A DNA stretch of 64,000 bases. Origin: an uncultured Planctomycetota bacterium (lineage in GTDB: Bacteria; Planctomycetota; Phycisphaerae; Tepidisphaerales; Tepidisphaeraceae). A program made the translations under genes and the position numbers. Shown piece after piece: positions 1-9,500 of this stretch. Each line of letters begins with the position of its first letter. Within the stretch, counting starts at the first letter, position 1. The notes under the pieces are model-generated. The model saw only the letters and a list, made by a program, of their open reading frames with translations, was not told the DNA's origin and made no database searches. The DNA is taken from the NCBI GenBank assembly GCA_963841915.1, contig CAWJEN010000005.1, positions 416,001-480,000 of the forward strand, given 5' to 3'.

Positions 1-164
1 CGCCGGTTCAAGCGGTTTGTGAGCAGCGCCTTCATGACAACGACAACGGCGGCGTGTATGGCCGTCACGCCAACCATACGCTGATCGTGCCCTACGCCTG
101 ACGAGTGGCTCTTCGCCGAGATGACCGGCTATGAGCAGGACTATCACCAATACGTGGTGCAGCG

Positions 165-992
165 ATGAGGCAAGTGATCTTCCTAAGCGTTCTTCTCATG
201 GTCTCAACTGCGAATTGGAAGGCGACAGCCGATGCTGTGACAGAGGATGACGAGGCTGCTCGCAGCCGTCAGCGTCCGACACTGAGTGCGGACGAGCGGA
301 TGCCGGAACTTTCGCAGCGAGTGGGGCTGGGACAGGAGTATGAGGTAACAGAGAAGAATTCATCCCTCGGAGATCCTGCGGAGCACAGACGGATTCGATA
401 CTTTCGCGGCTCAAGCTGACACAGCGGAGCAATCATCTCGACGAGAGCCGGCCGCCTCTGTCGGAGTTCCTCGGAAAGTGCAATTGCTCAAGAGCGGGCC
501 TAACACGGGGACGCACCTTGGCTGACAGTCTTCTCCCGGTCCACGTGTCCGGCGAACACGTCTGGTTTTTGGCTCGGCCGAACGAGGCGTGGGAGTCGCA
601 TCAGGCATCGGCGTCACGATGCGTGTCTTGCCAGAGCACCCCTTCGAGTACGCTCTGAAGCCTGGCGACCTCCCAACAAACTGGATCGCCGCAGGCCAGA
701 CGGGCCGGGCTAACGCTTACCTCTTGCCGGCCAGCCACGCCCGGCTCGTGGAGGATCACGAGCTAACGCCGGAGGACGAGATCACGCCCCTGACGAAGCA
801 GCAGGAGTGGCCAAGGGGCTTCAAGCGTTAGGGCAGATAAAGGGGTCGCGAGCCTTGGATGCCTTGGTAGCGTGCCTGATGCCACGCACGCCTCGTGAAG
901 CGCCCGGCGAATTCGTCTACCACGTGCTCAATCAAGCCGTTGCCCGTCCCGCTACCTGCGAGTCAGGCGGCGACGACGCAGCGTTCGTCTAG
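165..992 (+). pseudogene. Degraded gene fragments: a signal-peptide ORF (165-419) and a frameshifted HEAT/PBS-lyase-repeat-like remnant (about 619-992)
   Basis: Short ORFs in shifting frames. ORF 165 starts with a hydrophobic segment (MRQVIFLSVLLMV). ORF 807-992 contains the HEAT-like motif LQALGQIKGSRALDALVACL and overlaps ORF 589-831 out of frame. Confidence 0.35.
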
Positions 993-1072
993 GTCTTTCG
1001 CCAAGCCGTCGAGCGGCAGGATGGACTGGCCAACGAGGGCAAGGCGAACCGGGTCGATGTATAGGCGTGGTG

Positions 1073-1140
1073 CCCCACCCCCACCCCCACCTCCACCCAT
1101 CCCCGTCGGTCGGCGGTCGGCGGTCGGCGGTCGGCGGTCG
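1073..1140. repeat. C-rich (CCCCCA)n tract followed by a heptamer tandem repeat (CGGTCGG) x about 5
   Basis: Read directly: ccccacccccacccccacctccaccc at 1073-1098; CGGTCGG units at 1107, 1114, 1121, 1128 and a partial unit at 1135. Confidence 0.9.
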
Positions 1141-1224
1141 TGGGTTAGTGTTCTTCTGTTACCCGCCTGCCGCGGCCGCAAATCGGTCGCGGCTTGGCGA
1201 TCAACACGCTCGTAGCCTCTGGCG

Positions 1225-1878
1225 ATGAAGCGTTACGTCATTGTCGGCCTCGGCAACTTTGGCAGCAGTGTCTGCGAGACGCTGTACGCCCGCGGGCATG
1301 AGGTCATCGCCGTCGATATGCGGGAAGAGGCGGTCGATCGCGTCGCACAATTCGCCAGTCGGTCGGCAGTGGCGGATGGCACGGACGTCTCGGTCCTGCG
1401 GCGGCTCGGGGCCGAGGGGGCGGATGCAGGCGTCGTCGGCACGGGTGACGACATCTCAGCGAGCATCCTGGCGTCGATGGCGCTCAAGGACATCAAGGTC
1501 GAGCAGACCATCGCCAAGGTCATCTCCAATGAGCACGACCGCGTCATGAAAAAGCTCGGCGTCGACGAGACCGTCTTCCCCGAACGCGACACGGCCCAAA
1601 ATCTTGTCGCCCGCATGCTCGGGCCGGCGTTGCTGAACTATGTAAGGCTCGGGCCTGACTACGGGTTGCAGGAGATGGCGGTCCCCAACAAGTGGGACGG
1701 CCGCACGCTTCGCGACCTCAACCTGCGGCAAAAGCACGGCGTCCTCGTCGTCGGCATCCACGACGTGCTCACCGACACCGTCCGCAGCCCCGACCCCGAC
1801 GCGGTGCTGACCGACAGTGACGGCCTGCTCATCAGCGGAAGCATCAAAGATCTCGAGCACGTGGCAGAGATCAAGTAG
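1225..1878 (+). CDS. trkA: TrkA/KtrA-family potassium uptake regulatory (RCK) protein
   Basis: N-terminal Rossmann motif VIVGLGNFG, the motif LGVDETVFPERD, and a C-terminal RCK-C domain (GRTLRDLNLRQKHGV). Confidence 0.88.
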   Translation: MKRYVIVGLGNFGSSVCETLYARGHEVIAVDMREEAVDRVAQFASRSAVADGTDVSVLRRLGAEGADAGVVGTGDDISASILASMALKDIKVEQTIAKVISNEHDRVMKKLGVDETVFPERDTAQNLVARMLGPALLNYVRLGPDYGLQEMAVPNKWDGRTLRDLNLRQKHGVLVVGIHDVLTDTVRSPDPDAVLTDSDGLLISGSIKDLEHVAEIK

Positions 1879-1879
1879 A

Positions 1880-2650
1880 TCACGTCAGCACCGTGCTGAG
1901 CCGCTCCATGCGATCGGGTGCGGTCAGGTCCAGCTGTAGGGGCGTGACCACCAGGGCCTTGTCGCGGAGGCCGGCGACATCGGTGCCTTCGGCCCCGCCG
2001 GTCAGGCGGAAGACGCCGCTGTTCCAGTAGTAGCTTTGGCCGCGTGGGCTGGTGCGTTTCTCGAAGGCGTCGTCGAGCGGGCGGATGCACTGTGGCACAA
2101 CGCGGGTGTCGACGGGCTCTTCGCCCTGGGCGACGGCAGGGACATTGATGTTGACGACCTCGCCGGGCTTGACGGCTTTGGCATCCCACAGCGGCTCGAT
2201 CACCCGCATCGCCAGCGTGGCCGCCCAGTCGTAGTCGTCGGCAACGTCCTTGTGGAGGTACTTGCTGACGGCGATTGAGGGCTTGCCGAGGAAAGCGCCT
2301 TCGACGGCTGCGGCGACGGTGCCGCTGTAGAAGACGTTGATACCGGCGTTGGCGCCCATGTTGATGCCGCTGACGACGAGGTCGACGTCCGGGCACAACT
2401 CCACGAGGGCGAGCTTGGTGCAGTCGGCCGGTCTGCCACCGACGGCGGTGCCGGTCATGCCGTCGGCGGTGGTGACCTGGGCGACCATGAGCGGTTCAGA
2501 CAACGTCACGCCGTGACCGGTGGCCGACTGGTGTGTTTCGGGGGCGACAACGGTGACATCAGCCCACTTGGACAAAGCTCGCCACATTGCGGCGATGCCG
2601 GGTGCGCGAAGGCCGTCATCATTCGTCAGCAAAACGCGTGGGCGAGGCAT
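1880..2650 (-). CDS. surE: 5'/3'-nucleotidase SurE
   Basis: Motifs LLTNDDG, SGINMGANAG, YSGTVAAAVEG and VTPLQLDLT. Confidence 0.97.
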   Translation of the reverse strand: MPRPRVLLTNDDGLRAPGIAAMWRALSKWADVTVVAPETHQSATGHGVTLSEPLMVAQVTTADGMTGTAVGGRPADCTKLALVELCPDVDLVVSGINMGANAGINVFYSGTVAAAVEGAFLGKPSIAVSKYLHKDVADDYDWAATLAMRVIEPLWDAKAVKPGEVVNINVPAVAQGEEPVDTRVVPQCIRPLDDAFEKRTSPRGQSYYWNSGVFRLTGGAEGTDVAGLRDKALVVTPLQLDLTAPDRMERLSTVLT

Positions 2651-2757
2651 GCGACGAGGCTACGGGGCCCAATCGGTGACGCTGTACCCAGCCGCGCCAT
2701 CAGGAATGACGCGAAGATCTGATACAGCCTCCTATGCTGCCCGCCCGTCTCTCCATC

Positions 2758-3666
2758 ATGCCCGATCTCCAGGCAAAGCTTCGCGGCGCGTTCACGGCCC
2801 TCGTCACACCGTTCGATGAGAGCGGCAAGCTGGACGAACATCGCTTCCGCGAGCAGATCGACTTCCAGATCGACGGCGGCATCGACGGCCTCGTGCCCGT
2901 CGGCACCACGGGCGAGTCGCCGACGCTCGCATTTGACGAGCATAAACGCGTCATCGAGTTGGCGGTCGAGCAGGTCGCCGGTCGGGTGCCGGTCATCGCC
3001 GGGGCCGGGGCAAACAACACAGAAGAGGCCGCCGAGCTGCACGCCTTTGCGGCAAGTGTCGGCGTCGATGCCGTCTTGAGCGTTAATCCGTATTACAACA
3101 AGCCGACGCAGGAAGGGCTTTACCGCCACTTCATGACGCTCGGCGAGCGGGCAGATGTGCCGATCGTGCTGTACAACATTCCCGGCCGAACGAACGTGAC
3201 GATGGCACCCGACACCGTCGCCCGCCTGCTGAAGAATGGCCGCGTCGTCGCCATGAAAGAGGCGACCGGCGACGTCGGCATGGTCACGAAATACTTCGAA
3301 GCGTGCGACGACGCAGACGCCGGCGACCTCATCGTTCTCAGCGGTGACGATCCGCTCACGCTTCCGATGATGGCGGTCGGCGCGACGGGTGTCATCAGCG
3401 TCGCCAGCAACCTCATTCCGGGTCGCGTCGCAGACTTGTGTCGGCTCGCGCTAGCCGGTGAGTTCGGGACAGCGCATGCGGTCCACCGAGAGATCTGTCG
3501 GCTGAGCGTGCCGTTGTTCCTTAATGGCAACCCCGCAGGTGTGAAGCACGCGATGAAGCAAAGCGGCCGTGACAGCGGCGTGCTGCGGTTGCCGCTCGTT
3601 CCGGTGAGCGATGACGTTGCCGCCATGATCGACGCCGCGTTGGGTCGCGTGGAGACATCGTCATGA
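2758..3666 (+). CDS. dapA: 4-hydroxy-tetrahydrodipicolinate synthase
   Basis: Motifs TALVTPF, GTTGESPTL, PYYNKPTQEG, YNIPGRT, MKEATGD and SGDD. Start placed at ATG 2758 (MPDLQ); the ORF track starts at 2734. Confidence 0.96.
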   Translation: MPDLQAKLRGAFTALVTPFDESGKLDEHRFREQIDFQIDGGIDGLVPVGTTGESPTLAFDEHKRVIELAVEQVAGRVPVIAGAGANNTEEAAELHAFAASVGVDAVLSVNPYYNKPTQEGLYRHFMTLGERADVPIVLYNIPGRTNVTMAPDTVARLLKNGRVVAMKEATGDVGMVTKYFEACDDADAGDLIVLSGDDPLTLPMMAVGATGVISVASNLIPGRVADLCRLALAGEFGTAHAVHREICRLSVPLFLNGNPAGVKHAMKQSGRDSGVLRLPLVPVSDDVAAMIDAALGRVETSS

Positions 3667-5267
3667 CGCGGTTGTGTGTTCCGATTTTCGTCCGATCGGC
3701 TGAGCAGGCCCAGCGGGATGCGTTTGTCGCCGTCGAACGCGGTGCCGAGGTGATCGAGCTTCGGCTCGATGCGCTGGCCGACGAAGAGCTTGACGACATC
3801 GACAGCTTCGAGATCAAGATGCTCGTCGAGCTGGTCCAACGGCTCGCCGAGGCCAACGTCCGCTGCATTCTGACCCTTCGCGGCGGTGACGAGGGTGGCA
3901 AGACAGACGCCGACGACGGCACCCGCTTCACACGACTGGCCCACCTGGCGTCGAAGGTCTCGGCCTACGTCGACCTCGAATGGCGACCGATGAGCCGGGC
4001 CGGCGGGTGGCCGATGGCCTTTCTGGATCTTGCCGGGGATGGGCAGTTGAAGTTCGTCGTCAGCGCCCACGACTTCGACACGCGGCCGAGCGATCTCATC
4101 GGCGTCTTTGCCGAGATGAGTCAGAGCCGGGCGGATGTGGCCAAGATCGCCTGGCGGGCGCGGAGCGTCCGCGACAACGTCGAGGCCTTTGAGCTGCTGC
4201 GCGAGGCCGCCAAGCCGAGCATCGCGATTTGCATGGGCGAAGCTGGCCTGCCGAGTCGCGTGCTGGCTCGAAAGTTCAACGCGCACCTGAGCTTTGCCAG
4301 CCTCGACGGCGAGGCGGCGACGGCCGACGGGCAGGTGCCGATCGACTCGATGAAGCGGCTGTACCGCTGGGACGCGATCGGCAGGGCGACAAAGGTCTAT
4401 GGCGTTGTCGGTCACCCCGTCGCCCACAGCCGCAGCCCTCACGTCCACAACGCCGCCTTTGATGCCCTGGAGCACGACGGCGTCTATCTGCCGTTGCTCG
4501 TCGAGCCCGGTTACGAGTCGTTCAAGGCACTCATGGAGACGTGGCTGCCGTTCGAGCCGCTCGACGTGTGCGGCCTGAGCGTGACGCTTCCGCACAAGGA
4601 GCACGCCCTCCAGTACGCTCGTGAAGTCGGCGCAGACGTCGACGAAGTCTCTGACAGCGTCGGGGCCGTCAATACGTTCTCTATCGAGCGGTCCAACGGC
4701 AAGCCGCAACTGGTGGCTCGCAATACCGATTTCGGCGCGATTCTGGCGACCGTTGCCGAAGCACTCGACATGCCGAGCGATCGACTTCGCGGCACGAGCG
4801 TGGGCATACTCGGTGCCGGTGGCACGGGTCGAACCGCCGTCGCTGCCTTTGCGAGCCTGGGGTGTGACGTGACGATCTACAACCGCACGCGTCAGCGGGC
4901 CGATGACCTCGCTGAAGAGTTCAACGGCGTGGCAGGCAGCGACATCAAGGCTGCCGGTGTCGGCGCGATCGCTGAAGGCAAGCACCGAGTCTGGGTCAAC
5001 ACCACCAGCCTCGGCATGTCGCCCAAGATCGATGAATCCGCTTTCGGCGATGCCGCCCCGGCATCGATCGACGGTGACACGCTCGTCTTCGACACGATCT
5101 ACACACCCGCCGAGACGAAACTGCTCAGACAGGCCAAAGACGCCGGGGCTACCACGGTCAACGGCAGCGCGATGTTCTTGCACCAGGCGGCTGCACAATG
5201 CCGGTTGTGGACCGGTAGCGACGCCCCGCTCGACATCATGCGGCAAGCGTTCACCGCTGCCCATTGA
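3663..5267 (+). CDS. aroDE: Bifunctional type I 3-dehydroquinate dehydratase / shikimate dehydrogenase
   Basis: AroD motifs (IELRLD, SAHDF, AKIA, ICMGEAG, ATADGQ) fused to AroE motifs (GHPVAHSRSP, SVTLPHKE, NTD, GAGGTGR, VNTTSLGM). ATGA overlap with dapA. Confidence 0.93.
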   Translation: MTRLCVPIFVRSAEQAQRDAFVAVERGAEVIELRLDALADEELDDIDSFEIKMLVELVQRLAEANVRCILTLRGGDEGGKTDADDGTRFTRLAHLASKVSAYVDLEWRPMSRAGGWPMAFLDLAGDGQLKFVVSAHDFDTRPSDLIGVFAEMSQSRADVAKIAWRARSVRDNVEAFELLREAAKPSIAICMGEAGLPSRVLARKFNAHLSFASLDGEAATADGQVPIDSMKRLYRWDAIGRATKVYGVVGHPVAHSRSPHVHNAAFDALEHDGVYLPLLVEPGYESFKALMETWLPFEPLDVCGLSVTLPHKEHALQYAREVGADVDEVSDSVGAVNTFSIERSNGKPQLVARNTDFGAILATVAEALDMPSDRLRGTSVGILGAGGTGRTAVAAFASLGCDVTIYNRTRQRADDLAEEFNGVAGSDIKAAGVGAIAEGKHRVWVNTTSLGMSPKIDESAFGDAAPASIDGDTLVFDTIYTPAETKLLRQAKDAGATTVNGSAMFLHQAAAQCRLWTGSDAPLDIMRQAFTAAH

Positions 5268-5325
5268 CCGCCGCGTGCACGGGCCTACAGTGCCCGCCCG
5301 CCCTTCCCAAAGCGGAACCAGACCG

Positions 5326-5760
5326 ATGAGCACGACTTCCTACCTGGCCAAACCCGGCGAACTGACCGCACAGTGGCACGTCGTAGACGCCACCGACCTC
5401 GTGCTGGGCCGCCTTGCTGCCAAGCTCGCGACAGTCCTGCAGGGCAAGCACAAGCCGACTTACACCCCGCACGTCGATACCGGTGACTTTGTCATTGTCC
5501 TCAACGCTGACAAGATCAACGTCACCGGCAAAAAGGCCGAGCAACGGACGTATCAGACGTACAGCGGCTATCCGAGCGGCCAGCACATCTATTCGTACGA
5601 GGCGATGAACGAGAAGCACCCTGAGAAGGTCATCGAGCTCGCCGTTCGCCGGATGCTTCCCAAGAGCAAGCTCGGCCGCCAGATGCTCTCGAAGCTCAAG
5701 ATTTACAGTGGCACCGACCACAACCACCAGGCCCAGCAGCCGACGCCGCTGTCGATCTGA
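5326..5760 (+). CDS. rplM: 50S ribosomal protein L13
   Basis: Motifs WHVVDA, LGRLA, GKHKPTYTPHVDTGDFVIV and AVRRMLPK. True start ATG 5326 lies within ORF 4903-5760. Confidence 0.98.
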   Translation: MSTTSYLAKPGELTAQWHVVDATDLVLGRLAAKLATVLQGKHKPTYTPHVDTGDFVIVLNADKINVTGKKAEQRTYQTYSGYPSGQHIYSYEAMNEKHPEKVIELAVRRMLPKSKLGRQMLSKLKIYSGTDHNHQAQQPTPLSI

Positions 5761-5788
5761 GTTCCTGCACCCTCTTTAAACGCCACCG

Positions 5789-6403
5789 ATGAGCGACCAG
5801 ACGACCGAGCCGCAGGATCAAGACCTGCTTCAAGCCGACCAAGGCGAATCCGCCATTGAAGGCGATCCCGAAGTAGTCAGCTACGAAGACGTTCAGCCCG
5901 GCGAGGGCGAGGAATACGCTGTCGATCTCGACGGAACGGCGCCCGTCGACGACAGCCAGGCTTACGCCGACGGCTCGTACGGTGCGCTACCGACGGTCGC
6001 CACCGGCTACGTCTGGGGCACCGGCCGTCGCAAGAGCTCCGTCGCTCGTGTCCGCATCAACCAGGGAAGCGGCACGATCAGCATCAAGCGCAGCGGACAC
6101 GACCTCCGCGAGCTCAACGACTACTTCCACAACGAGCGCGACCGCAAGGCCATCTTCGGCCCGCTTGAAGTCACGCAGTACGGCGGCAAGGTCGACATCT
6201 TTGTCAACACCTCCGGCGGCGGTTCGACCGGCCAAGCCGGTGCCATTGTCATGGGCATCGCACGTGCCCTCATCAAGTACGATCCGCAGAGCGAAGCCTC
6301 GCTTCGCGAGAACGGCTTCATGACCCGCGACAGCCGCATGAAAGAACGCAAGAAGTACGGCCAGCGTGGTGCCCGTCGTAAGTTCCAGTTCAGCAAGCGA
6401 TAG
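5789..6403 (+). CDS. rpsI: 30S ribosomal protein S9 with an acidic N-terminal extension
   Basis: Motifs GTGRRKSSVARV, GGGSTGQAGA and TRDSRMKERKKYGQRGARRKFQFSKR. Follows rplM. Confidence 0.98.
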   Translation: MSDQTTEPQDQDLLQADQGESAIEGDPEVVSYEDVQPGEGEEYAVDLDGTAPVDDSQAYADGSYGALPTVATGYVWGTGRRKSSVARVRINQGSGTISIKRSGHDLRELNDYFHNERDRKAIFGPLEVTQYGGKVDIFVNTSGGGSTGQAGAIVMGIARALIKYDPQSEASLRENGFMTRDSRMKERKKYGQRGARRKFQFSKR

Positions 6404-6425
6404 TCGTCGCTTCGCGTCAAGCAAC

Positions 6426-6458
6426 AAAAGCCGCCGACCCGATGGGTCGGCGGCTTTT
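6426..6458 (+). terminator. Intrinsic (potentially bidirectional) terminator after rplM-rpsI
   Basis: aaaagccgccgaccc-gat-gggtcggcggctttt is a perfect stem flanked by A and T runs. Confidence 0.9.
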
Positions 6459-6559
6459 CGCTTGGAAGTGACGGTTCAGGCGGTACCGCCGGACGCCAAG
6501 TCGCTACCATGCCCGCGGCCGTGCCGCATCTGGCGTCGTGGCTGTTGCCCCACTGCGAT

Positions 6560-9500
6560 ATGACGAAGCTGCCTTGCCCTTGCGTTGCCCGTTGGACCGT
6601 TCTGGCCTCGCTTGCCGTCACCACGACGGTTGTGGCGCAGGTGCAGATCCAACTGGCTCCGACCGATGCCGACCCGACGGCGGCCGGTGTGTACGTCGAC
6701 GACTCGACGCAGGCCCTCGATCAATTCACCCTTGCCGATCGCTTGTCCGACCTCGGCGAATGGCGGAAGGCGGCAGGGGTCTATCAAGAAGCCAGCAGCC
6801 GATTCGGTAACCGCCTCATCGCCGGTGACGTCAACGGCTCGACGCAGCAGTATCGGCCGGTCCGTGAGGCCGTCCGCGCTCGGCTCGCTGCGTGGCCGGC
6901 TGAGGGACTTCTTGCTTATCGCGAGCGATTCGAGCCTGAGGCTCAGCAGTCACTTGAGGCCGCCCGACGCATCGACCTTGACGCCTCACGCCGCACGGCT
7001 TTAGCGACGCTAATCGACCAGTACCCGCTGACCGTCGCCTCAGCGGCAGCAACGATAGAGCTGATCGACCTGCACCTTGCCCGTGGTGACGTGGCCACGG
7101 CCAGGCGTACCGCGTCGGTGGCCGCGGCATCTTCTCAAGCCTTTGCCGGTTTGAACGTCGACGGCATCACCTCAGATGCCGCTGCGGCGTTCACGTTTCG
7201 ATTGGCGTTGTCGGCCGCATTAGTTGGTGACGCCGAAGCAGCCGAAGCAGCCGTCGCCACATTGGCCGAGACATACAGCCTGGCAACGGGCACGGTTGCG
7301 GGGAACACGGTGAACCTCGCCGACACTGCACGGCAAGTGCTCGACAACGGCATCGCCCGACGCGACGCGACCGCTGATCCGACCGTTGCCGCGACGCTCT
7401 GGCCGACGTTTGACGGCGCCAGCGACCGGAACCGACTCGCCGCCTCTGCTCCGGGAGCATTGAGCCCACAGTTCGCGGTCGACGCTCTTCAGCCGACGTC
7501 ACCCGAGCAATCGCAAGGCGACGCCATCGCGCGGCGCAACGGCAGCCGACTGACGGGACAGATGGCGGGCGTGTTTCCGGTGGCTCAAGAGGGTGTGATC
7601 TACTGGAGCGACAACGCCAGCCTGCACGCCGTCGACCTCATCTCAGGCGAGCCGCCGACTGCTTGGTCGGCGAGTAACCCGGTCAACGACGGGCATTTAT
7701 CTGTCGAGCCCAACGCCACCCTCACGCCCCGCGGCGTTGCTTTAGCGCCGACACTTATCGATGGCCGCCTCATCGCCACGATGGGTAGACGCGACTTGAG
7801 GCTCGAAGAAGCGTCGCGGAACCGCCAGCCGCTTGAACCGAGCGTCGTGGCGGTTGATGCGGCGACGGGTGTGCCGCTTTGGACGCTTCGCGTCAGCGGC
7901 CTGAACGCCCAGGCCATTGCAGCTGCACTCGGGACCGACGACGAGGGCGATGTTGTCAACGCCCTTGCCGAGTGCGTCATCAGCTCTCCACCCGTCGTTG
8001 CCGACGCAAAGGTGTGGGTCCTGGCGGCGACCGATTCACGGCGGGGGCGTCCCTTCGAGCAGTCGTTTGCTTTGGCCATCGACACAGCGACGGGTGAGTT
8101 GCTGCACGTGCGACCGCTGGCGACCACAGGTGGCGGGCAGATGCAGATGCGCGGCAACGCCTTCATCGACCCGCCGCCCGACGTCATTCCGGCGGCGTCG
8201 GGTGGAGTCGTCTACCTGCCCACCGGGCGCGGCGTCCTGGCGGCCATGGATGCGACCTCCGGAGACCTGCTGTGGCTCAACATCTACGGCGTCGACCAGC
8301 CCGAGAACAACGGCCTTGCCAACAACGGCCGCTTCGGAAACAACAACGTAACTACCAGCCGAAGGCGGTTCACCTCGTCGCTGCCGTTCCACGCCGCAGC
8401 GCCTGTCATTGACAACGGCCGCATCTTCTTCCGCCCGCCCGACGCCGAGGCCGTCCTCATCTTCGACGCCACCGACGGCAGTGAAATCGCTCGTCTTCCT
8501 GCCGCGCCCGAGAACGTCATCGAGCTCGACAGGCGCCAGTCACCTGCGCCGCAGTACGGGCCCGACGTCGTCCGCACGGTGTTGGCTGTTGATGGCGACC
8601 GGCTTTACGCGCTAGGCGGCCGCAAGGTCTATTGCCTGAAGTGGCGTGACAACATCGAGGCCGTCCGTGCCGGCACGTTCGACGAGCTCGCGCCAGAAGC
8701 CTGGGCCCACTGGATCAGCACGTTCGAGCTCATTCCCGCGTTGCGTGGTGCTGCCGTCGAGACCATTGTCGGGCGGCCCGCGGTCACGCAGACACACGTG
8801 GTCGTACCGACGGCGGATCGGCTTGTACTCATCGACAACGAGACCGGCCTGCGCGACGAATCACGCTTGGGCAATCAGGCGGCGTACGTGAGCCTGCCGC
8901 CGTCGCAGACAGCCATCGACGGTGAACGCGGTTTAGCGGGTAACGTCCTCGTCCTTGACGACCGCGTCGTCGTTGCCGGCCAGACGACGATTGGCGTCTG
9001 GTTCGATCGCGCCACCGTCCGCCGCCGGCTTCTGGTGCGGATCGAGCAGACGCCCGACGACCCGCAACCCGTCATCGAGCTGGCGAGGATCGACTACGGC
9101 TCGGGTGACGTCGACGGGGCGTTGGCAGGCCTGCGTCAGGCGGCACAGATGTCAGGCGGACGCGAGCTCGCCTTCGACGCCGCCGTTGCGCTCGCCACGT
9201 CGCGGGCGGGCGCAGGCGTCGGGGTATTGCTCGATTATGCCGAAGAACTTGCACAAACGCCCCGCCAGCAGGTCGTCGCCCGGCTGGCACGGCTCGACAG
9301 CCGAGATGTGCCCGGCGGTGCCGACGAACAGCTGGCCGCGTTGCGTGATGTGCTGGACGTAGCCGAGTGGCGAGGCGTTGATCTGGGTGGAGAGAACGCT
9401 GGCTTCACCGCCCGTGACGTCATTGCCGGTCGCATCGAGGGATTGGTGGCCCAGAGCCGGTCCGGCCTGCACCTGCCGATCGATGATCGGGCGGCGGCCC

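Noticed and set aside
3663..5267. aroD-aroE fusion as a novelty
   Set aside because: This fusion is already known from Planctomycetota, Chlamydiae and plants.
3120..5333. 737-aa antisense ORF over dapA/aroDE
   Set aside because: A shadow ORF from GC-rich codon bias. It has no motifs, and the opposite strand carries clear genes.
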